Source: a virus (taxonomy: Duplodnaviria; Caudoviricetes). Taken from it: 55,253 nucleotides of DNA. Within the stretch, counting starts at the first letter, position 1; each line of letters starts with the position of its first letter. The position numbers and the translations under genes were made by a program. This document shows positions 47,791-55,253 of this stretch, in pieces. The DNA is taken from positions 1 through 55,253 of the IMG/VR virus record IMGVR_UViG_3300042923_001283, one strand, 5' to 3'. The notes beneath the pieces are model-generated. The model was given only the letters and a program-made list of their open reading frames with translations, had not been told where the DNA came from and did not search any database.

Positions 47791-48027
47791 TTAATTATTT
47801 GCCATTTTGGCAATTTCGCGTTCAAAAAAAAGCTCACCAATTGGAGTATTTAATATTTCTGACACTAAAGCTAATTTATCTGCAGAAAATTTAATTCGCC
47901 CTGTTTCTAGATAATAATATCCATTCGGGCTGTCATATCCTAATAAATCAGCCATTTTTTCTAATGAAATGTTAGCTGTTTTCCGCAATTTTTTAATTTT
48001 TTCGATATCGACAACAATATTTTTCAT
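47791..48027 (-). CDS. Cro-like XRE repressor
   Basis: HTH MADLLGYDSPNGYYYLETG; divergent from CI. Confidence 0.9.
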   Translation of the reverse strand: MKNIVVDIEKIKKLRKTANISLEKMADLLGYDSPNGYYYLETGRIKFSADKLALVSEILNTPIGELFFEREIAKMANN

Positions 48028-48152
48028 TTATTCTCACCGCCTTTATATTTACCATTTTGGCAATTAGATACTTTTATATTATTTTACCGAAATGGCAAAG
48101 TCAATACTGATTTTACCGATTTGGCAAAAATATTTTTTACCATATTGGTAAA
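47798..48152. promoter_or_regulatory. Immunity-region operators and divergent promoters
   Basis: Five 17-bp TTT(A/G)CC-N5-GG(C/T)AA(A/T) palindromes at 47798, 48048, 48083, 48112, 48136; leftward TTGACT-17-TAATAT. Confidence 0.8.
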
Positions 48153-48214
48153 TGTTATTATTTAAGTAGTTAATATCAAATAACTTAGTATTTATAAAAG
48201 AAAAGGTGTTTACT

Positions 48215-48598
48215 ATGAGTATTTTGGGGAACCGTTTAAAACATCTTAGAGAAAAATCTAATTATTCACAGAAAAGAGTTGCTGACACTATTGGTATATC
48301 TAACGTTCAGCTTTCTCGTTATGAGTCTGGTGATAGAAATCCTGATCCTGAATTAATAGCAAAATTCGCTGATTATTATGATGTTACAACGGATTATTTA
48401 CATGGTAGGACTGATAATCCGAAAAGTTCTCAAAGTAAGTTATCTAATACTAGCGAGAAAGACCATGATAAAGAATTCCAAGACTTCATTAACGACCCCG
48501 AACTTAAACGTTGGTATAAAGATTTACCTAAATCCAGCGAAGAGGACTTGCAGAAGCTTCGTAAAATGTGGGAGATCATGAAAGGCGAAGGAAAATAA
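48215..48598 (+). CDS. CI/ImmR-like XRE repressor
   Basis: LGNRLKHLRE...QLSRYESGDRNPD...YDVTTDYLHGR. Confidence 0.92.
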   Translation: MSILGNRLKHLREKSNYSQKRVADTIGISNVQLSRYESGDRNPDPELIAKFADYYDVTTDYLHGRTDNPKSSQSKLSNTSEKDHDKEFQDFINDPELKRWYKDLPKSSEEDLQKLRKMWEIMKGEGK

Positions 48599-48630
48599 AA
48601 TAATTATATAAAACAGGATAAGGAAAACAA

Positions 48631-49383
48631 ATGAATACTTTTTTAAAGCTAGTGGATTTGTTTAAGGACGGGAAGAATACTTCTATTGACCTTATTGTAT
48701 TACTCATTGCTTTTGGACTAGCAATTATCCCAATAATAATGAAATTGCTTAAAATTACTTCATTAAATGATTTCGATAGATTATTCGTCCCTAAGAATGA
48801 GCGAGGTATACAGCAATTTATTGTTCAAATTAAAGATTATATATTATTTTCATCAATGTATATTTTTTTAGGGATTTTCTTCTCTCTAACAATGCAATAC
48901 AAACCAATATACAATTTGGCTAATGGGTACATTTCAGTTTTATTTATAATGGTATTTGGTTTAAGCTTTTTTGTTATTTTGTTTAAAGTTGTTCTAACTG
49001 AATTATTAGGTAAAGGGAAATTCAATTATTATTCTATATTTTCAAAAATTCTCTTTAATACTAATCTGTATCTAGGGATTTATACATTTTCTTTACTTTT
49101 TGCCTTTACCCCACTCAGATGGGACTATTTAAGTTTCCTATTGATAATTCCAGTAATCTTACTTGCCACCTATCGTAACTATCATAAGAAATATGATCAT
49201 GAATATATCTGTACCACTTCTAGTGAGGAACAATTTAATCAATCCATGCTTATATTTAAATATTCTTTAGAGAAAGACAAAATGATTTTTGTTAAGCCAG
49301 ACGACAATTCTTTTAAAGAAGTTTATATGTTTGATAAAACCGCAAATCGATTTTTTAAGTTTACTAAAGTTGAAATATTATAA
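48631..49383 (+). CDS. Multi-pass membrane protein in the immunity operon (possible superinfection exclusion)
   Basis: About five TM segments, very AT-rich. Confidence 0.7.
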   Translation: MNTFLKLVDLFKDGKNTSIDLIVLLIAFGLAIIPIIMKLLKITSLNDFDRLFVPKNERGIQQFIVQIKDYILFSSMYIFLGIFFSLTMQYKPIYNLANGYISVLFIMVFGLSFFVILFKVVLTELLGKGKFNYYSIFSKILFNTNLYLGIYTFSLLFAFTPLRWDYLSFLLIIPVILLATYRNYHKKYDHEYICTTSSEEQFNQSMLIFKYSLEKDKMIFVKPDDNSFKEVYMFDKTANRFFKFTKVEIL

Positions 49384-49445
49384 GAATATCATTTACCTTT
49401 TTTATAAAATAACAAAATGTCCTTAATTTGGACATTTTCTTTTTA

Positions 49446-49474
49446 TTGTAAAAACGAACATACATTCGTATAAT
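49446..49474 (+). promoter_or_regulatory. SigA promoter with DinR/LexA (Cheo) box in the spacer
   Basis: TTGTAA-17-TATAAT with CGAACATACATTCG at 49455-49468 (one mismatch to CGAACRNRYGTTCG). Confidence 0.8.
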
Positions 49475-49494
49475 TAAATTGAGGTGACGATTTT

Positions 49495-50100
49495 ATGGAA
49501 TATACCTATACACAATTAGAGGATTTTATTAAACAATTGTACAAACGTCTTTCAATTTCTGATCCAATTGAAATTAACATGATGGAAATTGCTGATAATT
49601 TAAATATCAAACTTCATTTTTATGACGATGGTAGCACAGCAATATGCCGAAAAAGTGTTTTTCATATCTTTATTAATGAACGACTAACAGTTCAAGAAAA
49701 ATGGCAGGACTTTGGCCATGAACTTTGTCATGTTTTACGACATGAAGGCAGTCAAAATGGAATGGTTAAACCTTTTCTTTATTTGCAAGAAAACCAAGCC
49801 GAAAATTTCATGTATTATTTCTGTGTACCTACTTTTATGCTATTAAACTTTAAAATTTCTAGTTTTCTTGATGTGAAAGCTGGAATACCATTTGTTGTTC
49901 AAAACTTTAATGTTACTGAAACATTTGCAGAGGAACGATTAAAGCGATTCAAAAGACAATTACTTCAGTCAAAATCGGATGCTGAACATAGAGCCTATAT
50001 GGAAGCATTATATCCAAAATCTCCCCCCTATTCATACGAAACGAATGCCATTTTAAAAAGGTTAAATATGCTTTTAGAAAAGAAAGGAGTTAGATCCTAA
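49495..50100 (+). CDS. ImmA/IrrE-family metallopeptidase (anti-repressor protease)
   Basis: QDFGHELCHVLRH HExxH motif, QENQAENF. Confidence 0.92.
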   Translation: MEYTYTQLEDFIKQLYKRLSISDPIEINMMEIADNLNIKLHFYDDGSTAICRKSVFHIFINERLTVQEKWQDFGHELCHVLRHEGSQNGMVKPFLYLQENQAENFMYYFCVPTFMLLNFKISSFLDVKAGIPFVVQNFNVTETFAEERLKRFKRQLLQSKSDAEHRAYMEALYPKSPPYSYETNAILKRLNMLLEKKGVRS

Positions 50101-50477
50101 TGCCCCAACAACGACTTTACTATGAATATATGGATACTCAATTAGTACCTTACTGGTACGTACTAACCTTTCAACCGTGTGAAATTATCTGGGATAAGCC
50201 TGTTTTTCATTTTACGCCTATCCCACCATTTGAGTATGTGGAACGCCATGAATTCGATGAGTCATTAATAAGTGTTACTATTCAACTCACTGATTTCATA
50301 CTTAATCCGGACATACCAGGACGCATAGGAATTAACTTAAATAATGTAAAATTACGTATTGAAAGACATGGTGTCGATCCTTACGTCGTACGTCAGTTTA
50401 TTATGGCACCGCCTGATATAAATGAGATGTTAACTCTACTTCCTAACCAGCGTAAAATGAGTTTGCTTGTCGGTTAA
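50100..50477 (+). CDS. Hypothetical protein between ImmA and integrase
   Basis: TAATG coupling; 125 aa. Confidence 0.7.
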   Translation: MPQQRLYYEYMDTQLVPYWYVLTFQPCEIIWDKPVFHFTPIPPFEYVERHEFDESLISVTIQLTDFILNPDIPGRIGINLNNVKLRIERHGVDPYVVRQFIMAPPDINEMLTLLPNQRKMSLLVG

Positions 50478-50561
50478 TTTATTGTTTTCCATTAATTCTC
50501 ACATAATAAGGCATTACATACGTCTTATAATAGATACGAATCAAGAAAGGGAGGTTAAAAC

Positions 50562-52088
50562 ATGAGAGTAGCATTATACTACCGCGTTTCTACAAAGCTC
50601 CAAGAGAAACGATTTTCTTTGGCTGCCCAGAAAACAGAGCTCATTGCCTATGCAACTTCTCAAGATTGGAGCATAATAAACGAATTTACCGACGTGGACT
50701 CAGGTGGAAAATTGGATAAGAAAGGATTGAATGCGCTCCTAGACTTAGTTGAAGAAGGTCGTATCGATGTAGTTTTGTGCATTGACCAAAACCGCCTATC
50801 ACGTCTTGATACTGTTTCTTGGGAGTATTTAAAATCCACATTAAGAGACAACGATGTGAAGATTGCGGAACCTGGTAATATCACGGATTTAGCCGATGAG
50901 GACCAAGAATTTATTAGTGATATTAAAAACTTAATTGCTAAGAGAGAGAAAAAGGGCATTGTACGAGCAATGATGCGTGGTAAACGTCAGCGTATGCGTG
51001 AAGGGAAGGGATTTGGAAAAGCTCCGATAGGCTATATATTCAACAAAAAAACCAAAGAGTATGAGATTGATGATAAATGGGCATGGGTCATTCCGATGAT
51101 TGATGATCTTTATTTAAATAGGCAGCTGGGGATGAAATCAATTGGGGATGAGTTGAACAAGGTATCTAGAACTCCATCAGGAACGCTATGGAATGAAACA
51201 CTAGTATATCGTCGATTAATCTCTAAAGCATTCCATGGTGTCATGGAGAAGACTTTCGCTAGCGGGGAGACCATAACCATCGATAGTCTCTATCCTCCAC
51301 TAAGAACGGAAGAAACGTGGAATAAGATTCAAGATGAACGAAAAAAGAGAAGTGTTCAGTTCAAGTCCACCAGTAGGCAACGTGATGACTTGCATATCTT
51401 AAGAAGAACTCTTATCACTTGTGGCGAATGTGGGAGAAAGATTCATCTCTCTCAGCACGGTAACAAAGAACAACCACTCTATTATTTAAAACATGGCCGT
51501 AAGCTTCGGATAAGTGACGAGACTGCATGTGATATAAGCATCAATACAGTTCGTGTAGAAAATAATATTATCATGGCCATAAAAGACATTATCACCAATG
51601 AAGAACTTGCAAAGAATTACATTGACTTGGAAATGGATTCATCTGAAATGATGTTGCTGGAGAAACAGACCAAGAAATACGATACCCTACTTAGAGGATT
51701 ACAAACCAAACTTGATAAGTTAATTGACTTGTATTTAGATAGTGCCTTATCCAAAGAAATATTAGCCAAGAAACAGGCTGAAATTGAAACTGAGATTCAT
51801 ACCATTACCATGCAAAATAAACAGGCTAGAGCAAAGCTAGAGGTCCTCAGAAACAATTCGTTTAATTATGATTTCATTTATGAGTTATTCGAAATTGCTG
51901 AAGGATTTGAAACAGATCTCACTCCACTAGAAAAGGCTCAAGTGATGGGGAGCTTATTTCCAAACGGGTTAATTTTCCATGACAAACTTACTCTAAAAGC
52001 AGTCATTAAAAATGTCCCGATTGATATTGAAATTCCAATCGATCCAGATCCTTACTCTTGGCATCATACCAAAAAGGGCAATATCTAA
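50562..52088 (+). CDS. Large serine recombinase (phage integrase)
   Basis: YYRVST catalytic Ser, DSG, recombinase domain, zinc ribbon CGECG, coiled coil. Confidence 0.97.
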   Translation: MRVALYYRVSTKLQEKRFSLAAQKTELIAYATSQDWSIINEFTDVDSGGKLDKKGLNALLDLVEEGRIDVVLCIDQNRLSRLDTVSWEYLKSTLRDNDVKIAEPGNITDLADEDQEFISDIKNLIAKREKKGIVRAMMRGKRQRMREGKGFGKAPIGYIFNKKTKEYEIDDKWAWVIPMIDDLYLNRQLGMKSIGDELNKVSRTPSGTLWNETLVYRRLISKAFHGVMEKTFASGETITIDSLYPPLRTEETWNKIQDERKKRSVQFKSTSRQRDDLHILRRTLITCGECGRKIHLSQHGNKEQPLYYLKHGRKLRISDETACDISINTVRVENNIIMAIKDIITNEELAKNYIDLEMDSSEMMLLEKQTKKYDTLLRGLQTKLDKLIDLYLDSALSKEILAKKQAEIETEIHTITMQNKQARAKLEVLRNNSFNYDFIYELFEIAEGFETDLTPLEKAQVMGSLFPNGLIFHDKLTLKAVIKNVPIDIEIPIDPDPYSWHHTKKGNI

Positions 52089-52096
52089 TTGTCTAT

Positions 52097-52140
52097 GGGT
52101 TATTGCCCCTGTTTATCTCAATAAACAGGGGCAATAACCC
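52097..52140. other. attP-like site (perfect 20-bp inverted repeat)
   Basis: GGGTTATTGCCCCTGTTTAT-CTCA-ATAAACAGGGGCAATAACCC, 8 bp after the integrase stop; central TC. Confidence 0.8.
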
Positions 52141-52180
52141 TTTTTGTGTATCACGGATTTAAGTACTTTTTTCAAAAATA

Positions 52181-52206
52181 AAAAGGACCATTATTAGGTC
52201 CTTTTT
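52181..52206. terminator. Bidirectional intrinsic terminator
   Basis: AAAAGGACC-ATTATTA-GGTCCTTTTT. Confidence 0.75.
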
Positions 52207-52214
52207 ATATGTGC

Positions 52215-52245
52215 CTTATGCAACTAACGCACCCATTAGTGTAAG
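52215..52245 (+). repeat. loxP-like cassette site A
   Basis: CTTATGCAACTAA-CGCACCCA-TTAGTGTAAG; the stop codon of 52236-52490 lies in the right arm. Confidence 0.65.
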
Positions 52246-52490
52246 TGAGTAAATGCATAAACACTAAAACAAAAACAAATAAAGGCAAATATAAATAACA
52301 ATGTTTTGGTAACCTGATATGGCAACAGTCTCATTAAGATGACACCGAATAAAGCGATGATTGCACCGATGATTGAATCAGCTCCAGAACCATCTAAACC
52401 ATCGTTTTCGTGTCTTTTTTTATTATAGGCGAATCCACCATATAACGCTACAAAACCAATCAAAACAGACATTGCACCCAATAAATCCAT
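52236..52490 (-). CDS. Small 3-TM membrane protein
   Basis: Three hydrophobic segments; RBS GGGTGAG. Confidence 0.75.
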   Translation of the reverse strand: MDLLGAMSVLIGFVALYGGFAYNKKRHENDGLDGSGADSIIGAIIALFGVILMRLLPYQVTKTLLFIFAFICFCFSVYAFTHLH

Positions 52491-52576
52491 TATCTCACCC
52501 TATTAATAGCGATACCTTATTTAATAGCTTAATTATACCTGAAATAATGTTTTTTATAACTTGGGGGAATTTCACC

Positions 52577-52610
52577 TTTTTTCAACTAACCTGACCGTTC
52601 GTTGCTTAAG
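52577..52610 (+). repeat. loxP-like cassette site B
   Basis: TTTTTTCAACTAA-CCTGACCG-TTCGTTGCTTAAG. Confidence 0.65.
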
Positions 52611-52618
52611 CAATTTCA

Positions 52619-52687
52619 GTGGAGTAAACATTTCTGCGATTTTGTCTACTCATACGAAAAAGGGACCGTCAAATGACGACCTTCTTT
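52619..52687 (+). repeat. ~65-bp imperfect direct repeat, copy 1 (copy 2 at 55083-55147)
   Basis: 23-bp identical GTGGAGTAAACATTTCTGCGATT followed by similar CTCATA..GAAA..GACCGTCA..ATGACG. Confidence 0.8.
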
Positions 52688-52807
52688 AATTGATGCTAAT
52701 TACATCTTTTAGAACATCAATCGAACTACATATGTTACCATCAAACTATAAACAATGATTAACAACGCAAAAAGTAAATTTATCTATCTGTGGAAAGAGA
52801 TGAATAT

Positions 52808-55036
52808 ATGAAACAGAGTTTCTATCAATGGTGCATCGAAAACGAAAAAGAACAATTATTAACTGAGTGGGATTATGAAAAGAATGATTTAGATGTAAAA
52901 GAAATTGGATATGGTAGTAACAGAACGATATCGTGGATTGGTAGCTGTAACCACGAATGGAGAACTTCTATTAAAAATAGAGTTAGGGGAACTGGTTGTC
53001 CTGTGTGTTATGAGGAAAAAAGCGGTAGGAAGATTGTACAGAGACGCATTTTCAAAAAAGGTATAAACGATCTAGCAACCGAATACCCAGAATTGGTAAA
53101 AACATGGGACTTTAATAAAAACGGGGACTTGCTCCCATCTGAATGTACGAGTGGGAGTCACAAAAAGGTATGGTGGATATGTCCCAAGTGCAATCAAAGT
53201 TATCAAAGTAGCCTTAGTCACAGAACAAGAGGTAGAGAATGCCCATATGAGACATGTCGAAGAGAGAAACAAGCAGAAAATATTAAAAAAGCATTAATAG
53301 AAAGAAGAGGATCACTATTAGAGCATCATCCTGAACTAGCTAACGAGTGGCATCCTTTTAAAAATGGTACATTCACACCTAATGAGATCAGTCCATGTAG
53401 TGATATACACGTTTGGTGGTTGGGTGCTTGCAATCACGAATGGCAGACAACACCAAGTAACAGGGTGCGTATGAATAGTGGTTGTCCTATTTGCAATAAC
53501 AAGGTCATTTTAATTGGATTTAATGATTTAGCTACAACACACAAAAAATTATGTACGGAATGGGATTATGAAAAGAATAGTGATTTATTACCTACAAGTG
53601 TAGTAGGTGGATCAGTAAAACAAATTTGGTGGTTATGTGAAAAAGGGCATAGTTTTAAAGCTTCTGTTAGTAACAGGGCAAAAAAAAATGGTACAGCTTG
53701 TCCCTTTTGCGATATGGAAAGAAAATCATCCTTTAATGAAAAAGTTATTTTATACTACTTGAAATTGTTATTTAACGATGTTCAAGAAAATTTACGCCCT
53801 TATTTTCTTAACAGAAAAGAATTGGATATATTTATTCCGAGCTTATCCCTTGCCATTGAGTATGACGGCGAGTATTATCACAAGAATGCTTTAAACGACA
53901 TAAAAAAGAATGAATTGTGTGAAGAGAATGGGATTGATGTAATTCGGATAAGGGAGCCAAATTGCCCAGTACTACCTAAAAAATTTAATTGTTTTGTGAG
54001 AAAAACATTGAGAGAAAATGAATTGGAGCAATGTGTTGAATTTATCATTGATTATATAAATGAAAAATATAAGTTGGCCTTAGTTGCCGATATAGACTTA
54101 TCCCGTGATCGACCAAAAGTAATGGAAATGTATTTAATATCCGAAAAAGCAAAGTCGCTTGCCTATATGAATCCTGAGCTAGCAAAAGAATGGCACCCAA
54201 TCAAAAACAGGAATCTAAAATCTGAGAAGATTTCTTTTAGCTCGAACAAAGATGTTTGGTGGTTAGGTCTATGTGGACACGAATGGACTGCTCGAGTAAA
54301 CAATAGGATAAATGGAAATGGTTGTCCAATTTGTTATGAATCTACTGGTAGAAAAATCGTGCATAGACAAAGTTTGAATAAAGGAACGAATGATCTAGCA
54401 ACCGTAAATCTTGAGTTAGCAAAAGAATGGCATCCTACTAAAAATGGCAACAAACTCCCATCTGATTTTCTGGTCGGTAGCAGTAAAAAGGTTTGGTGGA
54501 TGGGCAAGTGTAGTCACGAATGGGATGCCAAAATAAATTCCAGGCATAAAGGTACTGGATGTCCTTATTGCATTAATCTGAAAGTATTAAAAGGATTTAA
54601 TGATTTGGAGACCTTAAATCCTCAATTAGCAAAAGAATGGCACCCGAACAAAAATGGTGAACTAAGACCAACAGATGTCACTCCAGGAGTCGGTAAAAAA
54701 GTTTGGTGGTTGGGCAAATGTGGTCACGAATGGGATGCCCAAATATTGAGCAGAAACAATGGAACAGGCTGCCCATATTGTGCAAATCAAAAAATATTAA
54801 AAGGGTTTAATGATTTGGAAACCAAATATCCTCACTTAGCAAGAGAATGGCATCCGACAAAAAACGGGGATAAAAAACCAACAGATGTCATTGCAAATGG
54901 GGACAAAAAAGTATGGTGGCTCGGTGAATGCGGACACGAATGGGATGCCATTATATATAACAGAATTAATGGCAGTAGCTGCCTGATTTGCAGAAAAAAT
55001 AGAAGTGGTTCCCAACAAATGCATTTCAAATTATAG
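52808..55036 (+). CDS. Eight zinc-ribbon (DUF4379-like) repeats around a central Vsr/DUF559-like PD-(D/E)xK nuclease
   Basis: Repeats EWHP.KN...VWW...C.HEW......R..G.GCP.C (4+4); central ELDIFIPSLSLAIEYDGEYYH. Confidence 0.85.
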   Translation: MKQSFYQWCIENEKEQLLTEWDYEKNDLDVKEIGYGSNRTISWIGSCNHEWRTSIKNRVRGTGCPVCYEEKSGRKIVQRRIFKKGINDLATEYPELVKTWDFNKNGDLLPSECTSGSHKKVWWICPKCNQSYQSSLSHRTRGRECPYETCRREKQAENIKKALIERRGSLLEHHPELANEWHPFKNGTFTPNEISPCSDIHVWWLGACNHEWQTTPSNRVRMNSGCPICNNKVILIGFNDLATTHKKLCTEWDYEKNSDLLPTSVVGGSVKQIWWLCEKGHSFKASVSNRAKKNGTACPFCDMERKSSFNEKVILYYLKLLFNDVQENLRPYFLNRKELDIFIPSLSLAIEYDGEYYHKNALNDIKKNELCEENGIDVIRIREPNCPVLPKKFNCFVRKTLRENELEQCVEFIIDYINEKYKLALVADIDLSRDRPKVMEMYLISEKAKSLAYMNPELAKEWHPIKNRNLKSEKISFSSNKDVWWLGLCGHEWTARVNNRINGNGCPICYESTGRKIVHRQSLNKGTNDLATVNLELAKEWHPTKNGNKLPSDFLVGSSKKVWWMGKCSHEWDAKINSRHKGTGCPYCINLKVLKGFNDLETLNPQLAKEWHPNKNGELRPTDVTPGVGKKVWWLGKCGHEWDAQILSRNNGTGCPYCANQKILKGFNDLETKYPHLAREWHPTKNGDKKPTDVIANGDKKVWWLGECGHEWDAIIYNRINGSSCLICRKNRSGSQQMHFKL

Positions 55037-55126
55037 CAATAATACGATTCTAATACTAAGTAGTAAAAATTTTATCTACATGGTGGAGTAAACATTTCTG
55101 CGATTATGTTTTCTCATAAGAAAGAC

Positions 55127-55253
55127 CGTCATAAAATGACGGTCTTTATCAACTATCGCATCCATTAGTTAAAGTACAATTTTTCACAAACTTCTACCGG
55201 AGTTGTAAAAAATTCGAGCATGCAAAGTTTAAGGTACTTATTTAATCTCCAAT
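55127..55253. repeat. 127-bp exact terminal direct repeat (copy 2)
   Basis: Identical to 1-127. Confidence 0.95.

Larger units (their letters stand above)
5579..52119. mobile_element. Temperate Bacillus-type siphophage genome (~46.5 kb) with serine integrase
   Basis: Full modular order integrase-immunity-replication-packaging-head-tail-lysis-morons, bounded by att arms. Confidence 0.92.

Noticed and set aside
54150-55000. Regular nucleotide repeats resembling a CRISPR array or DGR template
   Set aside because: They are coding repeats of the zinc-ribbon protein; no cas or reverse transcriptase gene is present
52120-55126. Cargo arc as a plasmid backbone (phage-plasmid)
   Set aside because: No plasmid Rep or partition genes are recognisable anywhere in the circle
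55127-55253. 127-bp terminal repeat as a biological phage DTR or att site
   Set aside because: Exact k-mer-sized overlap cutting into a gene end; best explained as assembler circularisation

Overview
AT-rich Bacillaceae-type DNA assembled as a circle: bases 1-127 are repeated exactly at 55127-55253, giving a unit length of about 55,126 bp. About 46.5 kb (5579-52119) is a temperate HK97-like cos-type siphophage. It has a large serine integrase, an ImmA/CI/Cro switch, DnaD/DnaC replication genes, an Xpf-like activator, tRNA-Arg, a small tyrosine recombinase with two dif-like sites, head and tail genes, holin and endolysin, defence-like morons, and an FtsK plus replication-relaxation (relaxase-like) module. 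The other ~8.6 kb (52120 through the origin to 5578) is non-phage cargo: a zinc-ribbon-repeat nuclease, a GIY-YIG/DUF2075 helicase, an McrA-like HNH nuclease, an Ig-repeat surface protein, a membrane protein and a pseudogene. These cargo genes are separated by co-oriented ~34-bp loxP-like sites (13-8-13), which suggests an integron-like gene-cassette array. The att architecture is unusual: one complete attP-like palindrome plus one extra attL-like half-site in the same circle. All calls come from reading the sequence by eye; no searches were run.
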